From the IMG/VR virus record IMGVR_UViG_3300038345_000393: 64,000 nt of DNA; one strand, 5' to 3'. Shown one piece after another: positions 20,031 through 29,765 of the stretch. Source of the DNA: an uncultured virus (IMG/VR IMGVR_UViG_3300038345_000393) (lineage: Duplodnaviria > Heunggongvirae > Uroviricota > Caudoviricetes). The position numbers and the translations under genes are program-made. The notes beneath the pieces are model-generated. The model had not been told where the DNA came from and searched no databases. It worked only from the letters and a program-made list of their open reading frames with translations. Each line of letters opens with the position of its first letter. The first letter of the stretch is position 1.

Positions 20031-20915
20031 TTATTCTCCCTCATCCATCTTGTTTACCCAGTTCTTAACGAAAGACAAAAGATTGTTTATCGGTGTTTTT
20101 ACTAGCAACTGAGCAGCTTTGTAAGGCTCAATATCACTTTCAGTCGGATCTTGCTTAATTATTTTCTTATACTTTTCAGTAATGACTTTGTACCATTTTT
20201 TATCTTCGTATTGTGCATTAAATTCATTCATTTCTTCAGAATCAGGTGATTCGTGCATTTGCCTTAAAATATCAGTTAAAGCAGGAATAATGAAGGATGC
20301 TAGAATTACTTCAGATTTACGATTTTGAACTTTGTCGTATAGTTTTTTCATTTGCTTAGGAACAATGAAGTAGATAATGTCATCGTTAAGCTTATATGTC
20401 ACCGGACTAAGAGGATCCAAATTAATATTTTCTTGGAATTGAAAAATGGAGGTTTTTCTTCCTTCTTTCTTATGTTCTAGAGGAACTGTAACTTTTGAAC
20501 TAGTACCAATATCGTTATACTTTTCAACCCAATAATTATCCCCAGCCCATTCTTTTGTCAAATCCGAGTTCGTGTAAGAAAAAGATTCTTCAACTATAAG
20601 ATGGGCGGTAAATTCTACTCCTTTTTCGACATCCATTTTGTTAACATAAAACTTGATGTTTTTAGCATCATACGGAACTTTTTTAGAAATGTTTAATCCA
20701 ACAGGCTGACAGAAAAGTTTCACTACCACAGCTAGTTTTTTATCTAAAATCAGTTGGTTTATTTCTTGGTTGTCGATAGAATAGGTAGCTTCAAAACATA
20801 TCTGTTTATCGCTTACGCCTCTTGCGACCTTTAAATCGAATTTTGTTTTTTTATAATTGTTGAGTTCCTGGCTCAAATAAGGAAATGATGAGGTTTGTTG
20901 CTTATTCGTTTGCAT
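20031..20915 (-). CDS. hypothetical protein coupled to the GHKL ATPase
   Basis: 294-aa ORF overlapping upstream gene; SFPYL start, beta-rich N-half, WY near C-terminus. Confidence 0.65.
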   Translation of the reverse strand: MQTNKQQTSSFPYLSQELNNYKKTKFDLKVARGVSDKQICFEATYSIDNQEINQLILDKKLAVVVKLFCQPVGLNISKKVPYDAKNIKFYVNKMDVEKGVEFTAHLIVEESFSYTNSDLTKEWAGDNYWVEKYNDIGTSSKVTVPLEHKKEGRKTSIFQFQENINLDPLSPVTYKLNDDIIYFIVPKQMKKLYDKVQNRKSEVILASFIIPALTDILRQMHESPDSEEMNEFNAQYEDKKWYKVITEKYKKIIKQDPTESDIEPYKAAQLLVKTPINNLLSFVKNWVNKMDEGE

Positions 20916-22914
20916 TGATATTTACCTCCCACATATAAATTTTGTGCTCTTCGAGTTTCACTGATATTTTGTAAAGAGCTCCTTTTTTCATAGTATCCAT
21001 GTAAACTTTATTATCCTTAGTGGTGAGCTGTTTGCCATTCAAGGTAGCCTCAACAACATTGATTGGCTCATTTTCATCTCCTGAACCAGATTTAAGTATT
21101 TCTATTTCGACATCCTCGCCAGATTTAGAAGGAGAGAAAGAAAGTTCAAACAACCCTTCTTCTAAATTTTTAACAGGCATTTTTGAAGATATTGTTGAGA
21201 CGGGTTTTCTTATCATCATTTTTTGTCCATCTTCATCTATGACAACGTTGTTATCATCTTGGCCAGGGTGTGGGTCGTTACCTTTCCCTTTATTTTTGCC
21301 TTCTGGATGAGAACCTGAATCTGTTCCGTCGTCAGTTTCAATGCCTTTTCCTTCTTCATAGCCTTCAGCTTCTCCCTCTGGATCTGGTTCTGTTGCCTTA
21401 GTTTTTTTAGGTTTTCTTTTTTTAGAAGGTTCTTTCTTCTTAATTGGTTCAAAAACTATTTCATCTGTTGGAAGACCAGAATCTTCATTTGCTGTGCCGT
21501 CCAATGTGTCTGAATTGTTGTCTGAATTCCACCCTTCATCACTAGCCCAATCAAAATCAGAAGATTTGCCATAGTCTTGTTCTTCTATTTTTTCAAGTTC
21601 TGATTCAGCAAAATTCTTAACCGAATCAATCGCAGCATAAATCACATCTTTAGAATAATTTGTGTCTCTATATTTCAGCTTCGACCATTTTTTATGAGAG
21701 GCATCTTCAACAGATTTCAATTCTTCACATAATTCTTTACCTTTAATAAGCAAAATGCCTGTATATGGAATAGAACTGTTTGTTTTAAAAATTTCAATTC
21801 TCATTTTTGTTTTCCATCTGTATGAATAGACTCTATTTAAAGCTGTGCTGCTATTAACAGAAATAAGCATATTTAATTCTCTGTCGCCACCAGTATCTTT
21901 TACCGCAGTAGCAAAAGGATGATTGAGTGTTTTATATAGTTCTTGTGCAATTGACATTGTGCTATCTTTTTCAAAATACATTGGGTTTAAAATATTTGTG
22001 TACAAGTTGGCCTTCTTAGTTTCCAAAAAATCATTGTGGATTGAATCACTTATTGTGACTTCCAAATCTCCATCATTAATAGCTGGTAAAAAACTAATGA
22101 TAGCCTCGCCCATCATTTTTGATGTCCACCCTTCTTCAGCCAAAAAGAAAGGGACAAAGATATCAGTACCATATTCATTTTCATTTCTAACATAATTAGG
22201 ATCGATATCATTAATTAATCCATTGTTTGGAGTATTCATTTCTTGAGCTTTAACTTCTTGACTAACACAATAGCCTATGCCTTGTGTCCAATCAGGGAAG
22301 CCTTTGCCGTCATCGTCAACGTCTTTTGCCACCAATCTGGCATAGCCAATATTTCCTTGTTCACCATCTATGGTTGACGTTGAAACAAATATTGTCCTAA
22401 TTGCAGAATTTAAGAAAATAGCTGCTTTGCCTAAACCCTTGGAACCGCCAGACCCATCTTCTTTAACATCTTTACCACTACCGCTAATAAAAGCAAACCA
22501 AGGCATTTGCCTTTCCATTGGAGTTGAAACGCCACATAAGCCCTTAGTGTTTTTATCTGAGATCCTGAGCCATGTTATACCTTTTGTTTGAGATTGAACA
22601 AAGCATTGAAAAATCCTATTCATCAACGCTCTTTCTTTTACTTCTGGTTTATCTTTTAATTTATCCCTATCAAGCCAATCTTTAACATAATCAAACAAAT
22701 ACTCATTTAAAGCTTTGAAAGAATTGGAGTCGGTCTTGAATAAAGAAAACTCTACACGTACAGGCTCATTACCGCTTCTAGCATCAAGCGAATTTTGGAT
22801 AACTTCTCTAGCAAGATTTCCAAGTGGATCATCACCAAAATCATCTTGCCCTAAATCTTGTTTGCCACCAGCGTTCCCTCTACGTGCAAGTGGCCAATAC
22901 CATGATAAACTCAT
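20902..22914 (-). CDS. GHKL (HATPase/MORC-like) ATPase
   Basis: LAREVIQNSLDA, LRISDKNTKGL, GGSKGLGKAA, GTDI; acidic/Gly-rich linker near the C-terminus. Confidence 0.8.
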   Translation of the reverse strand: MSLSWYWPLARRGNAGGKQDLGQDDFGDDPLGNLAREVIQNSLDARSGNEPVRVEFSLFKTDSNSFKALNEYLFDYVKDWLDRDKLKDKPEVKERALMNRIFQCFVQSQTKGITWLRISDKNTKGLCGVSTPMERQMPWFAFISGSGKDVKEDGSGGSKGLGKAAIFLNSAIRTIFVSTSTIDGEQGNIGYARLVAKDVDDDGKGFPDWTQGIGYCVSQEVKAQEMNTPNNGLINDIDPNYVRNENEYGTDIFVPFFLAEEGWTSKMMGEAIISFLPAINDGDLEVTISDSIHNDFLETKKANLYTNILNPMYFEKDSTMSIAQELYKTLNHPFATAVKDTGGDRELNMLISVNSSTALNRVYSYRWKTKMRIEIFKTNSSIPYTGILLIKGKELCEELKSVEDASHKKWSKLKYRDTNYSKDVIYAAIDSVKNFAESELEKIEEQDYGKSSDFDWASDEGWNSDNNSDTLDGTANEDSGLPTDEIVFEPIKKKEPSKKRKPKKTKATEPDPEGEAEGYEEGKGIETDDGTDSGSHPEGKNKGKGNDPHPGQDDNNVVIDEDGQKMMIRKPVSTISSKMPVKNLEEGLFELSFSPSKSGEDVEIEILKSGSGDENEPINVVEATLNGKQLTTKDNKVYMDTMKKGALYKISVKLEEHKIYMWEVNINANE

Positions 22915-23138
22915 AATGTGAATCTCCTTTTCTTATTTTCTTTATCTTTTTTAAATTTATTTTTGTTTTCTTCAACAGATTTTGAAATCGCTTTGAAAAT
23001 TTTTTCAACTTCTTCATCTGTATATTCATAAAACGATTTATTGGATAAGTTTCCTATTAAATCTAACATAGCTAAAACCTTTTCGGTTCTTGCCTCTGCT
23101 AGTCTTTTAAAATTATCTTTTTTTGTTTTCATAAGCAC
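22911..23138 (-). CDS. small helical protein leading the GHKL/methyltransferase operon
   Basis: FKRLAEARTEKVL...LIGNLSN...YEYTDEEVEKIF; 4-nt overlap with ATPase start. Confidence 0.7.
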   Translation of the reverse strand: MLMKTKKDNFKRLAEARTEKVLAMLDLIGNLSNKSFYEYTDEEVEKIFKAISKSVEENKNKFKKDKENKKRRFTL

Positions 23139-23291
23139 AATAAAATTCTAGCATTTTAGTAATATTTTTCAACTATTATAAATAAATTTGCTTTTAAAAA
23201 TTTAAAAAATTTTTATTATTAAATAATATTTGAACGAAAAAGCAGATAGAAAGAATGAATATAATCAAGCGTTTTGAACTGCATAGTAAGC

Positions 23292-23308
23292 AGGACATTT
23301 TTCGTCCT
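23292..23308. promoter_or_regulatory. palindromic operator-like site AGGAC-N7-GTCCT
   Basis: Matches the reverse complement of 24464-24480 at 13/17 positions. Confidence 0.45.
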
Positions 23309-23335
23309 TCCATCATTTTTAATAATGGTTTATCA

Positions 23336-23870
23336 TTGTTGTGCATTGGAACCCAGTGTATGCCATCTTGCTGATGGCTGGGGCCCAACCAAGTAAGGCA
23401 ATAATGTGGGATACTGCGTTAAAGTCAAGACCTCGTTAGTAATAACTAGGTATTCGGAACTAAAAAACCGCTTTGGTTGGTGGCGCGATACGCTCTTCGA
23501 TGTAAACAACTACCTGATAGGCACGACAAGTGGCTCCGTAGAAATACGTCCCGCGTCCAGATGTTAGGCTTGAGAACCTAATATCTCCGCTCTCGAAACA
23601 AGTGTTCGCTTTGATGGATGGTAACATCCTATAACTGTTTGGTAGGTACCATTAGGAGAACAGCGATATTTGATCAATAAATGAGAATATCATCTGCTGA
23701 AGCTCTCTGAAGGTTGGAAGGCAATTCAGATCCTTCCCTAGGTTACGGTTAGTAATAACCCATTCTGGAAGTATGAGGATCGCTACCTCTTACTCAGCCC
23801 AGCGTGCTAGTGTGTGAATAACAAATTAGAGTAAGTGTTGTAAGGTGAAGGCCTCCGATGCCTTTTTTAT
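23336..23870 (+). ncRNA. large ornate structured ncRNA candidate (~530 nt)
   Basis: GC-rich, no credible ORF, four GNRA-capped hairpins, long-range closing helices, AATAAT -10-like element upstream, terminator at 23848-23868. Confidence 0.75.
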
Positions 23871-23886
23871 TAAGTGAGGTATTAAA

Positions 23887-24123
23887 ATGAATAAATCTAA
23901 ATCAAAAGCAGTATACACAAATAAATGGCTTTCTAGAAATAAGCAACATTGGAAAGTTGACGAAGTTGATGGTGCTGAAGTAATTATCATCACCAAATTG
24001 GATAGTCCTAAAATTGTTTTTGATCGTGTCTATGAAATTAACAAAAAGCGCATTGCCACTAGAAAGGTTGCGATAAGAAATCTTTTATTAGCAATCAACG
24101 AAACTAAAAAGACATCCCGTTAA
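23887..24123 (+). CDS. small basic hypothetical protein
   Basis: GAGGT RBS, 78-aa ORF right after the ncRNA terminator. Confidence 0.6.
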   Translation: MNKSKSKAVYTNKWLSRNKQHWKVDEVDGAEVIIITKLDSPKIVFDRVYEINKKRIATRKVAIRNLLLAINETKKTSR

Positions 24124-24325
24124 GGATGTCTATTGCGGATACTCCGAAGAGTTCCGCGAAAGTATTAACGACGTCAATACTTCCTGTTCCTTCGTTTTCT
24201 ATGCGTCGGATATTTCTAACGCTATAGTACGTAAGGTCGGCTACGTCTTCCTGCGTCCAGTGTCGACTTAGCCTTAATTGCTTAATCGTTTTTCCAATTA
24301 AGCTTGTCTCAATCATTTTGCTCAT
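24104..24325 (-). CDS. XRE-family HTH transcriptional regulator
   Basis: IGKTIKQLR...WTQEDVADL...IRRIENEG; GGAGG RBS. Confidence 0.88.
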   Translation of the reverse strand: MSKMIETSLIGKTIKQLRLSRHWTQEDVADLTYYSVRNIRRIENEGTGSIDVVNTFAELFGVSAIDILNGMSF

Positions 24326-24504
24326 AAGTACCTCCTAATAAAAATAATTGAATTTTAGAAAAATCTTTTGCTTCGACCTGAGGTCTAATATGGAGGTGCT
24401 CTTAAATATGAGCAGAGTTATTCTATAGAACAGCAAAACAATAATCAAGGATTATTTGTAAAGCGGACAAAATGTGTCCTCTTTGTTTTGCAAAGGAAAA
24501 GGAA

Positions 24505-25089
24505 TTAGTACTTTTTATCAAATAATTTTTGCTTTTCGATGATGCTTTTGTGATATGACTCATTGAAAGAAGCGCTCTTACCAAGATTTATGTATAGTTC
24601 ATCTATTTTGTCGATTAATTCTTTTAACGAATCAAAATCAAGCTCTACGCAAAACTCTGATAATTCGCCTTTTGCTTCATCTACACGATAATCGTAAAAA
24701 ATGACTCCGGTCAGTTTTCCTTCATCGTCTAAAAAATAAATTTGATTTTTGCCAGAATGCGCTAATGCGTTTCTTAGATGTCTAATAAATGGGGTGACTT
24801 GATATTTTTTATCTGAATCATAGCTTGAATAGTATTTGTTTTTATTCTTAATCCCATTAATAAAGTCCACTATTTCTTGATAGCCATCGACATTAGTTAA
24901 TTTGTATTCGTTTAAATCTTTGTAACGTTCATAAGGAACAATTAGTAAACCAAACAAAGAATTCATATATTGAGTTATCTCATATACTTCTTCTTCGCCT
25001 GCTTTTTCAGTGGTTTCTATTACTTCTAAATTACGTTTAGTCCTTTTTATGTAATCATTTACTAGATTCTCATAATCATATGCACTCAT
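24505..25089 (-). CDS. HEPN family nuclease (pEK499_p136-like)
   Basis: YEITQYMNSLFGLLIVPYE and RHLRNALAH (Rx4H). Confidence 0.8.
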   Translation of the reverse strand: MSAYDYENLVNDYIKRTKRNLEVIETTEKAGEEEVYEITQYMNSLFGLLIVPYERYKDLNEYKLTNVDGYQEIVDFINGIKNKNKYYSSYDSDKKYQVTPFIRHLRNALAHSGKNQIYFLDDEGKLTGVIFYDYRVDEAKGELSEFCVELDFDSLKELIDKIDELYINLGKSASFNESYHKSIIEKQKLFDKKY

Positions 25090-25111
25090 AACTAATTATC
25101 CTTAACTTGGT

Positions 25112-25948
25112 TTAAATAATGGGGATGACGAATTCAAAATCATCTTGGTGTTTTTTTGCTTCTTTCATCAACATAGTGCAATATTCAGAATAGTAATCTA
25201 AATATTTACGAGCGGTTGCTTTTTGAGAATCACTCCAAACAACATATTTCGCAATATCAATTAACATCTTTGATTTGCAGTTAGATAGATACATCGTGCT
25301 ATCAAATAAGAAGAAATCATAATAACTAGATGTCATTTTCTTTAATATCTTGTTAAAAGAATTCTCAATGGCGGAAATGATTTTATTAGCGGATTCTAAG
25401 CTCTTGCCTCTTTTGAGTATGAGGTACTTTTTAAAACCGCTTTTTCTTTCTTTTAAAACGAAATCCACTATTTCTTGTGGTTCCGATATAGGAGCGCGAT
25501 GGACAAATAAATATCCAATCTTAATATCAAAGAAATTTAGTAGATCACCAATAAACCAGGAAGAATGTGTTGCGGTATAATTAACGCTCATGTATAAGTC
25601 ACCAACTTGAACCATGTTGTCGATAGCTTTATTTTCAGCAAAGATTTCCGCTTTTGACCAATCAGTTCTAAAAGCTAATAATTCTTCTTTTGTTTTAGGT
25701 GCTTTACTTTGAAGATAATTAAATAAATCTTCTATTAATCTAAGCCAAGAAGAAGCTTCAAATGTATGAAGAGCGGGATTAACACTATGTGATGATGGAT
25801 TATCCCATTCTTGTGGCACTAATATTTGTAGTTGATTTGGCGTGCTATTTTCAAAATCATATTTTCTTTCTCTAGCATGAGAAACGTATTGCCTAGCAAA
25901 TCCATCAGTTAAAAAACCATATTTTTGAAAAAGATCTAAGTCTTTCAT
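25112..25948 (-). CDS. hypothetical protein
   Basis: 278-aa ORF with GGAG RBS in the operon. Confidence 0.6.
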   Translation of the reverse strand: MKDLDLFQKYGFLTDGFARQYVSHARERKYDFENSTPNQLQILVPQEWDNPSSHSVNPALHTFEASSWLRLIEDLFNYLQSKAPKTKEELLAFRTDWSKAEIFAENKAIDNMVQVGDLYMSVNYTATHSSWFIGDLLNFFDIKIGYLFVHRAPISEPQEIVDFVLKERKSGFKKYLILKRGKSLESANKIISAIENSFNKILKKMTSSYYDFFLFDSTMYLSNCKSKMLIDIAKYVVWSDSQKATARKYLDYYSEYCTMLMKEAKKHQDDFEFVIPII

Positions 25949-25965
25949 AATCGTTTACTCCTATA

Positions 25966-27171
25966 TTACTTACTAGATTCATTATCTTCTAAAGATTGTA
26001 ATTTGTCATGAAACAAAGATTTGAGTTCTTTTGTTTCTACGTTAGATAAAATATTTTTCTTACCGTAATGAGATAAGTATTGCTCGATGAAAGATATATC
26101 AAAGTACATGGTATTTCCTAGTTTAGTAGACACTATATCATGACCGCTTTTGTTAATTCTAACGGCGTCTTTCTTAAATACAGGATCATCATTAATAGTA
26201 TGTTCAATTACCATGTTCCTGAGCATAAAAACAGTAAAAACAGGATTATCTTCTTTTTCCATAAAAATAGGATTAGAAATATGTGATAAGAAAGAATTTT
26301 TAATAACTGGATGCATGCCATAATCAAATACAAATGTTGGTTCATTTGTCGTATCATCGGTTTTTTCTAAGAAATATTTAGCGTCCTCTTCCAAAATCTC
26401 ATCAAAATGCTTGGAGAGATTAGTTTTAGCGATGTCAACTTTCCTATTTTGATAAATGGCATCATTAGGAAGAGGCAAACCCAACAGTTTAGCAGTTAGT
26501 ATCTTATTTCTAATATTCCGTAAGAGCTTTTCTGGAATATGTGTTGGTAATGGATATTTTTTAGAGACTTTTTCAACAATTGTTCTTTCTAAAGTAGGTG
26601 CAAAAACAGTGGAAAAGCCCTCTTCATCATTATTAATAAACATTGTTAAGAATGGATAACCAAGGAGTATATTGCTTCCCGCAACACTTCTAATTCGCTT
26701 AACCATCATCCTATATATGAGGTCTGCATCATAAGCAAATATGTTGTGTCCTTCAATGCTCTTTTTATCAAAGATGCAAATATCGACATGATTATCTTTT
26801 TGTTCCAAGAAATCTTTTAATTCATAATGGAACGCTTGCAAATAAAGATAGATATCGTCATTTTTGCCAAGTCCTGGAATTAATTTATTAGCAATGATTG
26901 AAGCGACAATGGCTTCCACCGCTTCTTTTGATTCAAAATGATACCCCGCAAAATCCAAGTAATCAGAAAATGCTGAATTTTGATCAATGGCAAACGGATC
27001 GCCATCAGGTAAGAATTCTAAATCTTCTCTATCGTAAGAGAATGTCACACAGTTAGATAATTTATCTTTCCCGTTAGCAAAACTAATGCTTGTGATTTTG
27101 CCTTTGATTTCTGTAAATAATTGAATACGTGTATATCCAAATAAAAGAATGAAGTACTTATTATTTTTCAT
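25966..27171 (-). CDS. hypothetical protein, possibly a degenerate Hsp70/actin-like fold
   Basis: N-terminus loosely parallels DnaK (FGYT...NGKDKLSNCVTF); overlaps the MBL gene by 4 nt. Confidence 0.5.
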   Translation of the reverse strand: MKNNKYFILLFGYTRIQLFTEIKGKITSISFANGKDKLSNCVTFSYDREDLEFLPDGDPFAIDQNSAFSDYLDFAGYHFESKEAVEAIVASIIANKLIPGLGKNDDIYLYLQAFHYELKDFLEQKDNHVDICIFDKKSIEGHNIFAYDADLIYRMMVKRIRSVAGSNILLGYPFLTMFINNDEEGFSTVFAPTLERTIVEKVSKKYPLPTHIPEKLLRNIRNKILTAKLLGLPLPNDAIYQNRKVDIAKTNLSKHFDEILEEDAKYFLEKTDDTTNEPTFVFDYGMHPVIKNSFLSHISNPIFMEKEDNPVFTVFMLRNMVIEHTINDDPVFKKDAVRINKSGHDIVSTKLGNTMYFDISFIEQYLSHYGKKNILSNVETKELKSLFHDKLQSLEDNESSK

Positions 27172-28256
27172 AATGGTAACTCCTCATCATCTAATATTTG
27201 GACATTAAAATCGTAAGTATGGTCAGATAAATGGAAGGTATTCAAGATATCATCTTTCTTTTCGTCGTTATAGTGGCCCACTAAAACTTTTGTTTTTGAG
27301 GGGTCAAATTGTCTTAACATATATGCCAAATCAATAAAGCTGATATGAAGACCAACAATCCCATTGGCGTTAGTTTGCTTATTAAGTTTTTTACTAGATA
27401 CAGTTATTTGTTTTCTATTATCAGGTAAAGCATAGATTGATGAATCAAGTAATATTTCATCGGTAATAAATGGATCATAATTATATTTCTTCAAAATACT
27501 GAGATACCATTTAAGTTCGCTGGTAAAAACAATGCAGTATTTCTTATTTAATTTTGGAGATGAAATAAGTTTCTTTGAAAAGAAGATTATTTTTTCTGGC
27601 TTACAATAGAACTTGTTAAAACCTTTATTTAAGATGCTATCCCTTATTTCGTTAAAAGACTCATCTTTAAAGTTTTCGCTGTCTAAATAAGTGCCATCTA
27701 CGATGACATAGTCAACAGACTCGTTATCTGCTAAATCTAGCTGATACTGTCTATCACTATCGTTAGACGCATAATCAATATCGCCGGTATATAAGATTTT
27801 GCTCTCTTTGCATGAGAAATAAATCATTGAACTACCATATGTATGTCCAGAAGGGAAGATTTTAAAATAAGTATCTTTTCTCAATTTATATTTCTCAAAG
27901 AACAACACACCTTTAATTTTATGAAGCAATTCTCTAATCTTCTTAGTGCTTCTTTCATCCAAATTGACTCTAATTGCATTTTCAAAAATAGCAATAATTA
28001 AGTCTTTAGTCACATTGGATGCATATATTTCGCATTTGCTGTTAAGCAATGCTTCAACATATTGCATATTATATAAACCCATAAAATGATCAGAATGTTC
28101 GTGGGTGATAAAAATATAATCTAAATTTTTAACATCACTGATTGGAATATCATTACTACCAAAGTCAAAAGACACTAAAAGAGATGTGTTTTTATAGACA
28201 TAGGTAGTTATTTTATTTGATGAATCAGCTGTTCGATATGATTGTATGCTTGCCAT
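27168..28256 (-). CDS. MBL-fold metallo-hydrolase (beta-CASP-like nuclease)
   Basis: FDFG, THEHSDH, SGHTYGS, LYTGD, DGTY motifs. Confidence 0.85.
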   Translation of the reverse strand: MASIQSYRTADSSNKITTYVYKNTSLLVSFDFGSNDIPISDVKNLDYIFITHEHSDHFMGLYNMQYVEALLNSKCEIYASNVTKDLIIAIFENAIRVNLDERSTKKIRELLHKIKGVLFFEKYKLRKDTYFKIFPSGHTYGSSMIYFSCKESKILYTGDIDYASNDSDRQYQLDLADNESVDYVIVDGTYLDSENFKDESFNEIRDSILNKGFNKFYCKPEKIIFFSKKLISSPKLNKKYCIVFTSELKWYLSILKKYNYDPFITDEILLDSSIYALPDNRKQITVSSKKLNKQTNANGIVGLHISFIDLAYMLRQFDPSKTKVLVGHYNDEKKDDILNTFHLSDHTYDFNVQILDDEELPL

Positions 28257-28334
28257 ATTTTAATTTTAACAAATTATTCCTCCTTTCTCATTAATTAGAA
28301 GGGCGCTTTTTGGAGCGCCCATCTCAACATTTTC

Positions 28335-29750
28335 CTATTTGTTTTCTTTTTCTTCTTCTAAAGCTTCAAACTTAGCTTTCATAGTAGGATTATTTTTAGT
28401 TAATTTCTTAACTGTTAAGTCTTGTGCTTTATCATTAGCGAGTCTTAAATTACGATCTGCGCCTAATAAACCATCTTTGACTTTGTTAAGGTGATCAATT
28501 GTTTTATCAATTTCTTCAATGGCTTTATTGAATCTATCGCTTGCGAGATTATAGTTTCTAGAGAACTTATCTTTAAAGTCTTCAAGATCTTCTTCAAAGT
28601 GAGAGATATCATAGTCTTGATTCTTGATAACCGCTAATTGATTTTTGTATTCCGCTGAAGCTAAAGCAGCATTCCTAATTAAGGAAATAAATGGAATGAA
28701 GCATTGAGGTCTAATGACGAACATCTTTGGATATTCGTAAGATACATCCACGATGCCAGCATTATAGAATTCGTTATCAGGTTCTAACATACTGACTAAG
28801 ACAGCATATTCACATCCCTTTTCCCTTCTATCCTTATCAAGTTCTTTGAAAAAGTGTTCGTTTTTGTGCTTAGTAGCTGTTGTATCATTTTCGTTTTTCA
28901 TTTCGAACATGATAGATATTAATTCGGCACCTTCTTCAGTGTCTTCTCTAAAGATATAGTCGCCTTTGGAACCACTATCACTTACTTCATTATCTTTCTT
29001 GAAGTATGCATTAGGGAAAGCTGAAGTACGGATAGAATTAAATTGGTTTTGACAGTGTTGTTCTAATGTTTCACCAACAAGTTTAGTAGACATTCTGGCT
29101 TTAAGATCTTTATAGAAAGCAATTTGTTCATCTTTTATCTTAAGTTCTTGATTGTGTTGTTCGTTAAGACCGCTTATTTCTAAAGCGCTCTTTTGCTTAG
29201 CGAGTTCAAGATTATTTCTCAATTCAATGATCTCTTTCTCTTTATCAGCGATAGCAAGAGAAATGGCTGAATCATTTTCCTTTTTGACATTACCAATATC
29301 GTTTTGGAGATTAGTAATATCGTTTTTGAGTTGAATGATTTCTTTTTCTTTTTCAGAGATTGCTAACGAGATAGCATTTTCTTTTTCTTTTTCAGCGTTC
29401 TTGATATCACTGTTTAAAACAACGATGTCTTTATTTTTGGCTTCAAGTTGTGCTTTTAGCTCTTTAGTGGCTTCATTTACCGCAAGTTGAATATCTTTGT
29501 TAACGTTGCTTAATTGTTCCTTTAAGAGCGCATTATCCGCTTCTAACTTTTGAATCTTATCATCTTGTGCGTTTTGCACTTTACTAGCGGCTAATTCGTA
29601 TTTCGCTTCTAAGGTCTTTTTGATAAGTTCAGCTTTTTCATTTGCTTTCCTTTCGACTTCGCTAGATTCAATATCACTTAATAGTGAGTTATAGGTGTCC
29701 TTGCCTAATTCAATTTCTTCGCCACAATTTGGGCATTTTACTTTTACCAT
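28335..29750 (-). CDS. DUF2130 family coiled-coil protein
   Basis: CPNC N-terminus, long coiled coil, [24 protein letters not shown]. Confidence 0.85.
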   Translation of the reverse strand: MVKVKCPNCGEEIELGKDTYNSLLSDIESSEVERKANEKAELIKKTLEAKYELAASKVQNAQDDKIQKLEADNALLKEQLSNVNKDIQLAVNEATKELKAQLEAKNKDIVVLNSDIKNAEKEKENAISLAISEKEKEIIQLKNDITNLQNDIGNVKKENDSAISLAIADKEKEIIELRNNLELAKQKSALEISGLNEQHNQELKIKDEQIAFYKDLKARMSTKLVGETLEQHCQNQFNSIRTSAFPNAYFKKDNEVSDSGSKGDYIFREDTEEGAELISIMFEMKNENDTTATKHKNEHFFKELDKDRREKGCEYAVLVSMLEPDNEFYNAGIVDVSYEYPKMFVIRPQCFIPFISLIRNAALASAEYKNQLAVIKNQDYDISHFEEDLEDFKDKFSRNYNLASDRFNKAIEEIDKTIDHLNKVKDGLLGADRNLRLANDKAQDLTVKKLTKNNPTMKAKFEALEEEKENK

Positions 29751-29765
29751 TTATCATTTCCTCCT

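Noticed and set aside
23194..23388. 64-aa minus-strand ORF
   Set aside because: Overlaps the ncRNA 5' end and AT-rich promoter region; no RBS or protein-like composition
23336..23870. tmRNA, RNase P, rRNA fragment or group II intron identity for the large RNA
   Set aside because: No tRNA-like ends, no GAGGAAAGTCC, no recognisable rRNA sequence or domain V, and no interrupted host gene
29150..29470. Repeated unit in the DUF2130 gene (AISLAI...KEKEII twice)
   Set aside because: Ordinary coiled-coil internal duplication, not an array
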